From NCBI GenBank assembly GCA_937934655.1, contig CALGZB010000245.1, forward strand, positions 13,448 through 77,447: DNA of 64,000 nucleotides, written 5' to 3'. The stretch is from an uncultured Acidimicrobiales bacterium. Its GTDB lineage: Bacteria; Actinomycetota; Acidimicrobiia; Acidimicrobiales; SHLQ01. Below, piece after piece: positions 18,417-27,446 of the stretch (its first letter is position 1; each line of letters begins with the position of its first letter). The notes under the pieces were generated by a model that worked only from the letters and a program-made list of their open reading frames with translations, was not told the origin of the DNA and did no database searches. The position numbers were made by a program, and so were the translations under genes.

Positions 18417-20144
18417 TCAGCGGCGGCGAATCCAGCCTGATCCATAGGGCGGCAAAACCAACGCGTCGGTAAGCTCACCGGCGGCACCCAGATGCTCCCA
18501 GTCGCCGTCGATCGGCACGACGACCTCGTCGGCGGTCACGTTGACGAAGACATCGACCTCTTCGGCCGCTTCGGTCTCAGAACCCACACTGGTGCGGCGC
18601 AGCCCGAGCACAGCAGTGGAGGTGGCGATCAGGGTTTGTGCGGCCTCTGGATGGAACGCCGGAGACGAGGTGCGTAGTGCGGTGAGGTCGGCGAGGCGGG
18701 CCAGCACGGTGGCCGATGGACTGCCCGGCGAATCTAGAGCGAGGTCTATGACAGCACGTGAGAGCTGGGCCCGATTGATGGAACGGTTGGCGCCGGTCTC
18801 GGCCACCCGAGCATGGTCGTTGGGGGACGCCAACAGACTGTGGATGTAAAAGGCCGGGAGCCCGACAAAGGCCAACATGATGGCGTGGGCGGCGCAGAAT
18901 CGATCGATCTGGTGGCCATCGTCGTTGCCAGCACCATCGAGACGCATTGCTTCGAAGAGCGAGATGTTGAGTTCGTAAGGGTGATCGGCACCATCGGGCC
19001 CCGTGAACATCGAAACGAGCCCGCCTGCCCGTTGCACTGCTCCGGCGAGGTCAGCGACCTCGTCGGTCGACAAGATTCCCTCGGCGGGGCGAACCCCGAT
19101 GCCATCATGTGACGCCAAGAAGTTAAAGAACGAGGTGCCTGCGCTTAGTGGCTCGAGGCCGCCAATCCATGACTGGAGGTGCTCGCTACTGCCCGCCAGC
19201 ATCGCCTGGAGCACGAGCGGCGGCATCGTGAAGTTGTAGACGAGATGGGCTTCATCGCGGCTTATCGCATCACCGAGATACGACACGTTCTCGGCGTGAG
19301 GAACGTTAGTTTCGGTTATCAGCAGTGCGTCGGGTTGGCGGGTGACGAGAAGTTGACGGAGAACCTGGACAACCAGGTGGGTTTTGGGATGGTGGATCGA
19401 TGTCGTCCCGATCTCTTTCCAGAGATACCCGACCGCATCGAGCCGTAGCGCCCGAACGCCCTCTTGGAGGTAGAGGTCGATGAACCGCAGAAACTCGAGG
19501 AGTACTTCGGGGTTCGCAAAGTCGAGATCGAGTTGATCGTGGCTGAATGTGGCCCAAACGTGACGGGTGCCGGCCGGTGTGTCGACCGGGCGAAGCAGCG
19601 GCGAGGTTCGGGGGCGAACGACAGTGCTGAGATCGACGCTGGGGTCGGCGGTAACGAAATAGTCACGGCCGGGCGGCTCATCGGCGACGAATTGCTGGAA
19701 CCACTCGCTCGACGCGGATGCATGGTTCACGATGAGGTCGGCCATAAGACGGTGGCCGTTGCCGAGTGCCGCGATGTCGGTCCAATCCCCCAGATCGCTG
19801 CGCACTTGGGCGAAATCGACCACAGAGAAACCGTCGTCGCTGCTGTAGGGAAAGAACGGGAGCACGTGCACCATCGAGATGATGGAGCCGAGTCGTTGGT
19901 CGACGAAGGACCGCAGTGCTCGAAGCGGCGGTTCGTCGTCGTCGAGTATTGAGTCGCCGTAGGTGATTACGGCAACATCGGTTTCTGACCAAACGGGCCC
20001 GTGGTCAGGGGCATCCCGGTTTGCCGCAACGATATCGATGCCGATCGCTTGAAGTGCCTGGACCGCTAGGGATTCGGGCGATTCGTGATCGGGATAGAGA
20101 ACAGCGAGATGCTCGGCGAGCCGGGCTGCGGGGTCGGACGTCAC
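18417..20144 (-). CDS. GH13_18 sucrose-phosphorylase-like sugar phosphorylase (possibly glucosylglycerate phosphorylase type)
   Basis: VITYGDSI, HVLPFFPYSSDDGFSVVDF, LMADLIVNHASASSEWFQ, LRLDAVGYLWKE and FLASHDGIG are sucrose-phosphorylase family blocks. Substrate cannot be decided from sequence alone. Confidence 0.75.
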   Translation of the reverse strand: MTSDPAARLAEHLAVLYPDHESPESLAVQALQAIGIDIVAANRDAPDHGPVWSETDVAVITYGDSILDDDEPPLRALRSFVDQRLGSIISMVHVLPFFPYSSDDGFSVVDFAQVRSDLGDWTDIAALGNGHRLMADLIVNHASASSEWFQQFVADEPPGRDYFVTADPSVDLSTVVRPRTSPLLRPVDTPAGTRHVWATFSHDQLDLDFANPEVLLEFLRFIDLYLQEGVRALRLDAVGYLWKEIGTTSIHHPKTHLVVQVLRQLLVTRQPDALLITETNVPHAENVSYLGDAISRDEAHLVYNFTMPPLVLQAMLAGSSEHLQSWIGGLEPLSAGTSFFNFLASHDGIGVRPAEGILSTDEVADLAGAVQRAGGLVSMFTGPDGADHPYELNISLFEAMRLDGAGNDDGHQIDRFCAAHAIMLAFVGLPAFYIHSLLASPNDHARVAETGANRSINRAQLSRAVIDLALDSPGSPSATVLARLADLTALRTSSPAFHPEAAQTLIATSTAVLGLRRTSVGSETEAAEEVDVFVNVTADEVVVPIDGDWEHLGAAGELTDALVLPPYGSGWIRRR

Positions 20145-21760
20145 GGCGCCAACGTAGCGCCCGATTTGGCGGCACTACTCGCCGAGGGCGTCACGGTTGT
20201 AGGCGGAACCGTGGTCGGCGGAACAGTCGTTGAGGGGACAGTGGTCGGGGGAACCGTCGTTGGGGGAACCGTCGTTGGGGGAACAGTGGTCGCCGGGATG
20301 CTTGAAACCGGAACCGTGGTCGCAGGAACAGTCGTCGGAGGAACAGTCGCAGGAGGAATAGTGGACGGGGGGATAGTGGTCGGAGGGGTCGTCGTGACAG
20401 GAACGGTCGTCGGCACAAGAGTCGTTGGCGGAAGAGTCGTTGGCGGAAGAGTCACTGGCGGAGATCCGTTAAAGCTGAGTCGTTCGAAGTACATCGATCG
20501 CACCCCACCCGGGTACCCGATGCGGTAACGCCACTCGTGAAGCACGATCCAAACTGCACCGGCAGCGTCAACCAGAAACTCGCCACCACCGGGGCCGCCG
20601 GCGCTTGTCCGCCACGGCGCGCTTGACGACTTATAACAAGGACCCTGCGCAGTGACGCACACCGCGTGACCCATCGCGTAACGGTTACTCGACCAGGAGT
20701 TGGCGGAATAGATCAGGTGATACCGGCCACCGACTTCGATCATCGAGGGTCCCTCGACAACCGACCCTTCCCACGCATCGGTGGACCACAAAAGTTCGCT
20801 GCGGGATCCAATGAGCGACAACCCATCGGCGGACAGTGGCTGGCTCCAAATGCTCGTGAGAATTTTGCAACAGTTTCCGTCGTTCTTAAAGAGGAGATAG
20901 GCCTGTCCGTCGGCGCCGACAAAGGTCGATGGGTCGATCGAGCCACCCAAATCGGTCTGGCAAACCAATGGCGACGTAGCAGCAGACTCGAACGGGCCTT
21001 CCGGGCTACTGGCCGCGGCCACCCCGATGCACTGCCGATTACTGGCAGCGTGGCGAGTCGTGAAGTACAGCACATAGGTACCGCCGCGAATCAGCGCCGC
21101 CGGCGCCCACGTTTGGGTTGAACTGGGAGCTGCCCATGTCGGCAGGACCGGCAAAACATCACCAAGTGCCCGCCACTCGGTGAGGTCGGTCGAGAACCAA
21201 GCCGGAACATGCCCGGTAGAAGTATTGGTGGTGTATGCGTAATAGCCGGCGCCGGTGCGCAGGACATACGGGTCGGCGGCGTCCCCGATTCCGGCCCACG
21301 ACATCGCGCCGGCAATCGGGGCACGGAGGTCGAGGTCAGCGGGAACCGTAGGCATCTCGGGAACCGGCGTTGCTACCGCACCTGGTGCGTTGGATTTCGC
21401 CGGTGGCGCAGGGTCGGCCGGAGCCACGGTTGTCGTCGGCGCCACGGTTGTGCTGATGCCATCGAGATCGAGGACAAACCCCGAATCGTCGTCATCATCC
21501 ACGAACGCCAACTCGTCGGGCACCGTGGAATCGGTCGCCTCGTCGGAAGACACCTCATCCTCGAGTCGATCGCCCTCAGGAAGCGTTGTTGGAGGTTGCG
21601 ATACCGATGAACCAGGAGTCTCGTCGTCGACACCGGTTTCAGGGGCGGACATGGGGTCCGACGATCGAGTGATGGCGAAAGCGAACGAACCAATGGCCAG
21701 AGCAATGAGTAGGGCGAGCGCGACGGTACGAACACGTTCTCGATCGCTGACATGGGCCAT
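20141..21760 (-). CDS. Membrane-anchored GH43-family glycoside hydrolase with C-terminal Pro/Thr repeat tail
   Basis: N-terminal TM anchor. GH43 blocks DPYVLRTGAGYYAYTT, WAPAALIRGGTYVLYFT, GGSIDPSTFVGADGQAYLLFKNDG and VVEGPSMIEVGGRYHLIYSAN. The stop overlaps the phosphorylase start by 4 nt. Confidence 0.75.
   Translation of the reverse strand: MAHVSDRERVRTVALALLIALAIGSFAFAITRSSDPMSAPETGVDDETPGSSVSQPPTTLPEGDRLEDEVSSDEATDSTVPDELAFVDDDDDSGFVLDLDGISTTVAPTTTVAPADPAPPAKSNAPGAVATPVPEMPTVPADLDLRAPIAGAMSWAGIGDAADPYVLRTGAGYYAYTTNTSTGHVPAWFSTDLTEWRALGDVLPVLPTWAAPSSTQTWAPAALIRGGTYVLYFTTRHAASNRQCIGVAAASSPEGPFESAATSPLVCQTDLGGSIDPSTFVGADGQAYLLFKNDGNCCKILTSIWSQPLSADGLSLIGSRSELLWSTDAWEGSVVEGPSMIEVGGRYHLIYSANSWSSNRYAMGHAVCVTAQGPCYKSSSAPWRTSAGGPGGGEFLVDAAGAVWIVLHEWRYRIGYPGGVRSMYFERLSFNGSPPVTLPPTTLPPTTLVPTTVPVTTTPPTTIPPSTIPPATVPPTTVPATTVPVSSIPATTVPPTTVPPTTVPPTTVPSTTVPPTTVPPTTVTPSASSAAKSGATLAP
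20185..20462 (-). repeat. 15-bp-periodic tandem repeat encoding (P-P-T-T-V)n in the GH43 tail
   Basis: The plus strand reads GGAACMGTSGTYGGN repeated about 18 times. It translates as PPTTVPPTTVPPTTVPSTTV... on the minus strand. Confidence 0.9.
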
Positions 21761-21987
21761 ATGACTCCCATCGGCGAACGTGATGCCTTCTTAAAGCCGA
21801 CCTCACCATCGTCATGCGATTCATTCACCCAGGGCAAGGCTCCCAAAAGAGAAAATGGGCCGAATTGCTCATGCCATGGGCCGAACGACCGAAGGGCAAC
21901 AGCAAGACTTTTCGAACACGTAGAAGGTTCTTCCACATGCCTACCAACTCGGCACCTTTCAATGCGGCCACGTCAAGGCCCCTCCCT

Positions 21988-22047
21988 CAAAACTCGGTGC
22001 CGCAAAATTCGGGGCCAGAAGATTCGGTGCCACAGAACTCCAGCAGG
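21988..22047 (+). repeat. 3.5 tandem copies of a 15-bp unit (CAAAACTCGGTGCCG / CAAAATTCGGGGCCA / GAAGATTCGGTGCCA / CAGAACTCC...) just upstream of the signal-peptide ATG
   Basis: Read directly from the sequence. If translation starts at 21937 the repeat encodes PQNSV-PQNSG-PEDSV-PQNSS. If it starts at 22054 the repeat lies in the 5' UTR. Confidence 0.8.
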
Positions 22048-22053
22048 ACATCG

Positions 22054-23808
22054 ATGCGCGCGGTAGCTGTGCTCTCGCTGTTCGCGTTCACGTTGGTAAC
22101 CACATTTGTTGGTTTGAGCAGCCCTGCTGACGCCCAGTCGGGAACTGCGGGATGTGGAACCGACCTTCAGGAGCTTGGCCATACGCCTCGTGTCGAACTG
22201 GTTGGCAACGACGGCCCGGTAGCAGCAACCGCCTCGGTCGACCTCTCCCAGCCCCTCACCGCTGGAACGTACGCTGTGCGCACCGTGAGCATGGATCGCC
22301 ACTGGTCGGAGCGTCGCGATCAGCCCCGTGAACAATTTACGGTGACCGTCGGTAGCGAGACCGTTGGGCCCACCACCGATCTCCCAAAGAACGCCGACTT
22401 CCTCGGCGCAATGACCGCCACCTCAAGCGATCAGAACCTTGCCAACGTTCCCGTCGATGTGTTCCCCGGCGAACTTCTTGGCACCGTCACCCTCGCTGGT
22501 GGCGAATCGAGTTTCACCCTGACCCACGTCGACGGTGGCGCTGGACAGGGAAGCAACAGCATCTCGGCTCACCAGGTGACCTTCACATGTGTGGTCACCG
22601 GCCTTGATCTTTCCTTCGCGGCCGCTTCACGTCCGTTCAATGGCGACGGCACCGCAGCACTCGCATTGAGTATCACGAACTCTGGCGACGCTGATCAGAC
22701 CGGTGTTCGGGTCCGAGGCGTTCTTCCGAACGGCGTCGACCGAAACGGAATCGTCACCGCTCCAAGCGGCGTAACCAGCTCGATTGGCGCAACCATCCGT
22801 TGGGAAGGCGATGTTGCAGCCGGCGAAACCGTGGTTGTGGAGATCCCTGTCGTCACCACCGACGACGGCTACGCCCAGTGCGTTGCCGACACCGGCGCTT
22901 GCACCCTCTCGGCCGAGATTGTCGGCACCGACGATGGCGCCCCTGCTAGCGGCCAAGCGACGGTAGCGCTCTCTGCCACCGCCGACCTTGAAGTCAGCAC
23001 CTCCTACGCCCCGGCCAACAACGACTCTGCACAACTTGCCGGCACGATCACCGTTGCCATCACCAACGTTGCCGACGAGTTCATGAATGTCACGGCTGAC
23101 GACATCGTTGTCGCAACCGATTTCGCTTCGTCATTGTCGATCGGAGCCAACTCGCTCGGCGCTACAGCCGGCGAGGTCGCACTCGATGGGTCGACCCTCA
23201 ACTGGTCGGTGGGCAGCCTTGCACCGGGAGATAGCGCTGCGTACAGCGTTGATGTCTCGCTTCCCGGCGTCGGATCATTGTCGGTTCGTTCGCAAGTCAT
23301 CTCGAGCAGCGCCCTCGACCCTGACTCGACACCGAATTCACTTGCTGCCCGTCTGGGCGACGACGATGTTGCCACCGTTGAAGACGACGAAGCGGCTGTC
23401 TTGGCAACCGCTGCTGCTCCGAGCACCACAACCACCACGTTTACGACCACATCGCTTCCAACGACCACGACTCGTGCGCCGCTGGTTGTCGAAGTCGAAA
23501 CGCCAGATGTTGCTGAGCCCGCATTCAAACTCGATCTCACCGAGGACGAAGTCATCGATCTCACATCGCTTGATGAAACGCCTGAAGATTCAGCCGACGA
23601 ACTTACTGAGGTCGCTGGCGCAATCGAACTTCCGGGCGACAGCATTCCGATCGTCGATGTTGATCAGAACAACCGGGTTCCGCTCGCGGCGGTCATTGCG
23701 GCCCTGCTTGTCGCATTATCGGCAGCGGTAGTTCTGGCCGATCGTCAGAGCGGCAGCGAGAACAAGACCGTGACGGTCACCACCGAAAAGACCCGTGGTC
23801 GCAAGTAG
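22054..23808 (+). CDS. Secreted surface protein with DUF11-type repeat domains, Thr-rich linker, acidic region and C-terminal TM anchor
   Basis: Signal peptide MRAVAVLSLFAFTLVTTFVGLSSPADAQS. Repeated modules of the type ...ITVAITNVAD...NWSVGSLAPGDSAAYSVDV. A TTTTTFTTTSLPTTTT linker. A C-terminal helix VPLAAVIAALLVALSAAVVLA. An alternative start lies at 21937. Confidence 0.65.
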   Translation: MRAVAVLSLFAFTLVTTFVGLSSPADAQSGTAGCGTDLQELGHTPRVELVGNDGPVAATASVDLSQPLTAGTYAVRTVSMDRHWSERRDQPREQFTVTVGSETVGPTTDLPKNADFLGAMTATSSDQNLANVPVDVFPGELLGTVTLAGGESSFTLTHVDGGAGQGSNSISAHQVTFTCVVTGLDLSFAAASRPFNGDGTAALALSITNSGDADQTGVRVRGVLPNGVDRNGIVTAPSGVTSSIGATIRWEGDVAAGETVVVEIPVVTTDDGYAQCVADTGACTLSAEIVGTDDGAPASGQATVALSATADLEVSTSYAPANNDSAQLAGTITVAITNVADEFMNVTADDIVVATDFASSLSIGANSLGATAGEVALDGSTLNWSVGSLAPGDSAAYSVDVSLPGVGSLSVRSQVISSSALDPDSTPNSLAARLGDDDVATVEDDEAAVLATAAAPSTTTTTFTTTSLPTTTTRAPLVVEVETPDVAEPAFKLDLTEDEVIDLTSLDETPEDSADELTEVAGAIELPGDSIPIVDVDQNNRVPLAAVIAALLVALSAAVVLADRQSGSENKTVTVTTEKTRGRK

Positions 23809-23814
23809 CGAAAG

Positions 23815-25953
23815 CTACGAAGCGTCGAACCGGCTACAGCCGTCGAAACCGTTGAGAACGCCTTCTCTGAAGGCGCCGACTCGCTCGAATCCGGTGCCCC
23901 GATTGTCGTCGGTGTCGCGTTCGTCGCCGAGAACTAGGAGGGTTTCGACGGCTTCGTCGAGATCGCCGGGTGAAATCGACAGGATGCGACGGGCCGGATC
24001 GGTTTCGGTTTCGTCGAACGGGCGATCAGAGGTCGGAAGAATCGAAGCGGTCCACACGCCGGCGTAACAGTCGGCTTGAAGGCTATTGAGAAGACGGTCT
24101 TCGGTGGCTCCCAGCCGGGACTCAATGGCGAATCCGTACTGGGCCGCCATGATGATCCCAGGACCGAAGTCGCCGTACTGCTCATAGAGATCGCGGATCG
24201 CAGTTTCGGTTTCCATGCCGATGTAGTCGTTGGTGGCGCAGTAGAAGGCCAACAAATCCACGTCGCTCTCGCCACATGGCAGCGAGTTTCCGTCGGTGTA
24301 GGTAACAACCGATCCGTCGATTGGGTCCCACTCGCCAAACCGTCCCTCAAACTCAGCCGCCCAGAACAATTCGAGATCTTCGGGCATCAGGTCAAAGATG
24401 TCGTCGCCGGGTTCGTTGGTGAGGAACGGAAGGTTTCCGCCTGAGAGCTGTTCGCTGAGGCTTCCGAACGGGACCTGTGTGGTCACAATGTTCTGGTCGG
24501 TGTACGTCGCACACTTCACTGCACCGTTGTCGAGGCCGTCACGAAAGCCGTTTACTCGGTCGAAGGCGTTGCCGTGAGCAAACGGATCGGTTGCGGCGGT
24601 ACCGGGTGTGTCGGCGATCTGCACGAACTGGGCGAGCGCCCGGTCGAGGTCGCCGCTGGTTACCGGGAATCCGTCGTTCGGGTTCTCGGCCACGCTTGCG
24701 ATCCACGCTCCTGCGTAACAGTCGGCCTGGTTCTCGAAGGTAATGGTGCGTCCGTCGAAGTTGACCCGTTGCTGGACGGCATGGCCAATTTCGTGGGCCA
24801 GGATGATTCCGACGCCAAGGTCGCCGGCTTGTTCGTACACGCCGGGGAAGAGCTGTTCGTCGTCCCAGGCAACAACATCTTCGATGCCGCAGAAATAGGC
24901 ATTGTTGGCCACTTCGCGTCGACTGGTAGCGCACGGCGGGATTGGTTCATTGGAGCTGTAGGCGTAGAACCCTCCGCTGATGGGCTCGTACTCGGCGCCA
25001 AACACCGCAGGGAACTCTTCCCGCCAGAAGTCTTCGATATTGCCAAGCGCGAGGGCTGAAGCTTCGTTCCAGGCTTCACCGTCGTTGCCGATGACCTCGA
25101 CCGGATCGGATGGGCCGGGAAACGACTGGTCAAACGCTTCGGTGGTTGGTGGTGAGGACGGCTGGGTATCTTCGGACTCGCCGCCCACCACACCTTTCTC
25201 AAGCTCGGTGGCTTCGAATTCTTCCTCCTCGGCGGCGGCCTCGGGCTCAGAATCCTTCGGTGCTTCGATGCCAGCATCGACAGTGACGGGCGGCGACACA
25301 TCGATCTGATCATCGTTGCCGTCTCGGGAACTCACGAAGAACACACCGGCGATGATGACCATGGCCGCGATAAGACCGGCAGCGAGAGTGACGCCACGAC
25401 CGGTCGGCGGCTTGTGCGTTGGGGCGGCAAAAGGCTGAACCGGTTGTGCGGGGGCAGAACTCGGTGCTGGGTAACCCGCCGGCGCCGAGGCCGAGATTGG
25501 AGCCTGGGGCGGGCTTACTGTTGGAGCGCCTGGCGATGTCGGTGCGAACGCACCTGGCTGAGGCGCGTTGGGCTGAGGGGGATACCAACGACCGTCGGAT
25601 GCTTGCCACCAACCGCCGTTGTCCGTACTTGCTGGCGCGACGGCCGGAGTAGTTGGTGCCGACGGCACAGCCGTTGGCGGTGCTGCCGGGGTGGGAGGCG
25701 CAACCGGAGGAATTGGAGTGGGTGCCGCGACCGGAGGAATTGGAGCGGGTGCCGCTTGGCGGCTCGGGTGTTTCTCAGGCGGATACCACTTACCATCGGA
25801 CGCTTGCCACCAGCCCGAATCAGGGGCCACCTGTGGGGCCGCCGACACCGGTGGGATGGTCGGGGCAGGTTGCGATGCTGGGGCTTGTGCGGGTGGGTAC
25901 CAGTTGCCGTCGGATGCTTTCCACCAGCCTGGACGAGGAGGTTGCTCAGTCAT
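23815..25953 (-). CDS. Single-pass membrane protein: cytoplasmic Pro-rich tail with three GWW(K/Q)ASDGxWYPP repeats, then a tandemly duplicated neutral Zn-metallopeptidase-like ectodomain
   Basis: Repeats at aa 9-21, 47-59 and 114-126. TM helix VTLAAGLIAAMVIIAGVFFV. The first domain has ILAHEIGHAVQQR (HExxH). The second, homologous domain has IIMAAQYGFAIESR at the equivalent position and lacks HExxH. Confidence 0.65.
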   Translation of the reverse strand: MTEQPPRPGWWKASDGNWYPPAQAPASQPAPTIPPVSAAPQVAPDSGWWQASDGKWYPPEKHPSRQAAPAPIPPVAAPTPIPPVAPPTPAAPPTAVPSAPTTPAVAPASTDNGGWWQASDGRWYPPQPNAPQPGAFAPTSPGAPTVSPPQAPISASAPAGYPAPSSAPAQPVQPFAAPTHKPPTGRGVTLAAGLIAAMVIIAGVFFVSSRDGNDDQIDVSPPVTVDAGIEAPKDSEPEAAAEEEEFEATELEKGVVGGESEDTQPSSPPTTEAFDQSFPGPSDPVEVIGNDGEAWNEASALALGNIEDFWREEFPAVFGAEYEPISGGFYAYSSNEPIPPCATSRREVANNAYFCGIEDVVAWDDEQLFPGVYEQAGDLGVGIILAHEIGHAVQQRVNFDGRTITFENQADCYAGAWIASVAENPNDGFPVTSGDLDRALAQFVQIADTPGTAATDPFAHGNAFDRVNGFRDGLDNGAVKCATYTDQNIVTTQVPFGSLSEQLSGGNLPFLTNEPGDDIFDLMPEDLELFWAAEFEGRFGEWDPIDGSVVTYTDGNSLPCGESDVDLLAFYCATNDYIGMETETAIRDLYEQYGDFGPGIIMAAQYGFAIESRLGATEDRLLNSLQADCYAGVWTASILPTSDRPFDETETDPARRILSISPGDLDEAVETLLVLGDERDTDDNRGTGFERVGAFREGVLNGFDGCSRFDAS

Positions 25954-26042
25954 TCTCTACAGAGCATGCCTCAAATCCCGACCTAAGTGCACTCGGAACG
26001 TGTGGTCCCCTCGTTCGCGAAGGAGAACTCGTAGGGACAAAC

Positions 26043-27368
26043 CTACGCTGCAGGTGCCTGGCGGCCCGCCGTCAAGCGGGTCATGACATCAGATGCCCGT
26101 TCTGGGCGGCCGAAAAGGTAGCCCTGCGCAAGGTTGGCTCCGAGCTCGGCAAGTTTCTCGGCTTGTGTCTCGCGTTCCACGCCTTCGGCGATGGCGATAA
26201 TGCCCATCTCCTTGGCGAGCGCAAAGACATGGCGGAGAATCACGGTGTCATCCAACGACGACTCGATCGAGCTGGTGAAGACTCGGGGAATTCGGATCGA
26301 GTCGACCGAAAGTTCTCGAAGGGTCGAGAGCGAGGTTGCGCCGCCACCGAAGTCGTTGAGACCAATCCGAACGCCACTGCCCTTGATATCTCGGATTCGC
26401 TCCCAAGTACGTTCACGGTTTCGTTGAACCGCTTCGTCAGTGATGTCGAACAGCAGGCTCGACGCTGGGAGTCCAGATGACGAGAGAGCGGCGGCGACGA
26501 TGTTAGGGAACTCATCGTGTTCAAGCTGTTGGCCAGCGATGTTTACGCTCAGCACCATGCTTCCACCAGTGGCATGGTTACGCATTTGTGCGTCACGGCA
26601 AGCTTGCTCGAGCACCCAGGTGTAGACAGGGAGCGCAAATGCCGAACGTTCGAGCTGAAGAATGAAGTCACGCGGCGTAAAGACCTGAATACCCGATGCT
26701 TGGGCGTCGATCCAGCGCAAGAGCGTGTCGAAGCCAACGATCTGGCGGGTCCCCGCCATCACGATTGGTTGGTAGAAGAGGTGGAAGTCTCCCTGAGCGA
26801 GCGCTCGTTCGATGCTCTCTTCGTCGGCTCGAAGTCGTGGCCGGTTCTGGTCGGCATCATCGATGATGACAACTTCACCTACCGCTTTGGCCGCCGACTC
26901 GTGCACCGCTTGGCGGGCATCGACCAGCAGATCTTCGGCGAGTTTGTGGTTGGTCGTTCCGAGGCAGATACCGACCGCCGGCCGGACAGTCAGTTGTTTT
27001 CCATCGATACTGAACGGTTCGCGGAGCGCGGCGATGACCGAGCGCGACCAGTCGCGCATGTCGCGCATTGACGAGTTAGGAAAGAACACGGCAAATTCAG
27101 TGCCCTGCTCGCGGCTTACCGAGGACTTGCTTGGCGCGGACGACTTGATGCGGGTGGCCAGCAATCGTAGGACCTCGTTGCCCACCTCGGGTCCGTAGAC
27201 CCGGTTGACCTCAGGGAGGTCGAGAATCTGCACCAGCGCAAGCGCACAGCGCTCACCAGGCCATTGGCCTTGGCTAAGGCGCTTTTCGATGCCATCGACG
27301 AGCGACCCGGCACCACCGAGACCGGTGAGTGGGTCGACGCCTATCTCTTTGTTTTTTCGCTTGAGCAT
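26043..27368 (-). CDS. Sensor-less GGDEF-EAL protein, both signature motifs degenerate
   Basis: DPLTGL begins the GGDEF domain. The GGDEF site reads QGTEF and the EAL site reads FDTLLRW. It also has DITDE, NDFGGG and IRIPR where EAL enzymes usually have ExxE, DDFGTG and KxD. Confidence 0.8.
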   Translation of the reverse strand: MLKRKNKEIGVDPLTGLGGAGSLVDGIEKRLSQGQWPGERCALALVQILDLPEVNRVYGPEVGNEVLRLLATRIKSSAPSKSSVSREQGTEFAVFFPNSSMRDMRDWSRSVIAALREPFSIDGKQLTVRPAVGICLGTTNHKLAEDLLVDARQAVHESAAKAVGEVVIIDDADQNRPRLRADEESIERALAQGDFHLFYQPIVMAGTRQIVGFDTLLRWIDAQASGIQVFTPRDFILQLERSAFALPVYTWVLEQACRDAQMRNHATGGSMVLSVNIAGQQLEHDEFPNIVAAALSSSGLPASSLLFDITDEAVQRNRERTWERIRDIKGSGVRIGLNDFGGGATSLSTLRELSVDSIRIPRVFTSSIESSLDDTVILRHVFALAKEMGIIAIAEGVERETQAEKLAELGANLAQGYLFGRPERASDVMTRLTAGRQAPAA

Positions 27369-27446
27369 ATTTTGTCCCCGCTATGTTGCGGGATTCCTAT
27401 CGGTCTTTTCCCTGGTCGCCATAGGGGCCGAACGGCCCATTCCTCG

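Noticed and set aside
20185-20462. Regularly spaced short repeats, considered as a possible CRISPR array
   Set aside because: The period is 15 bp with no unique spacers. The region is entirely coding (PPTTV repeats), and no cas genes are nearby.
20085-20528. Plus-strand ORF encoding (GTVVG)n
   Set aside because: It is the mirror image of the PT-repeat tail of the GH43 gene on the minus strand. The repeat is in-frame with a protein that has clear GH43 motifs.
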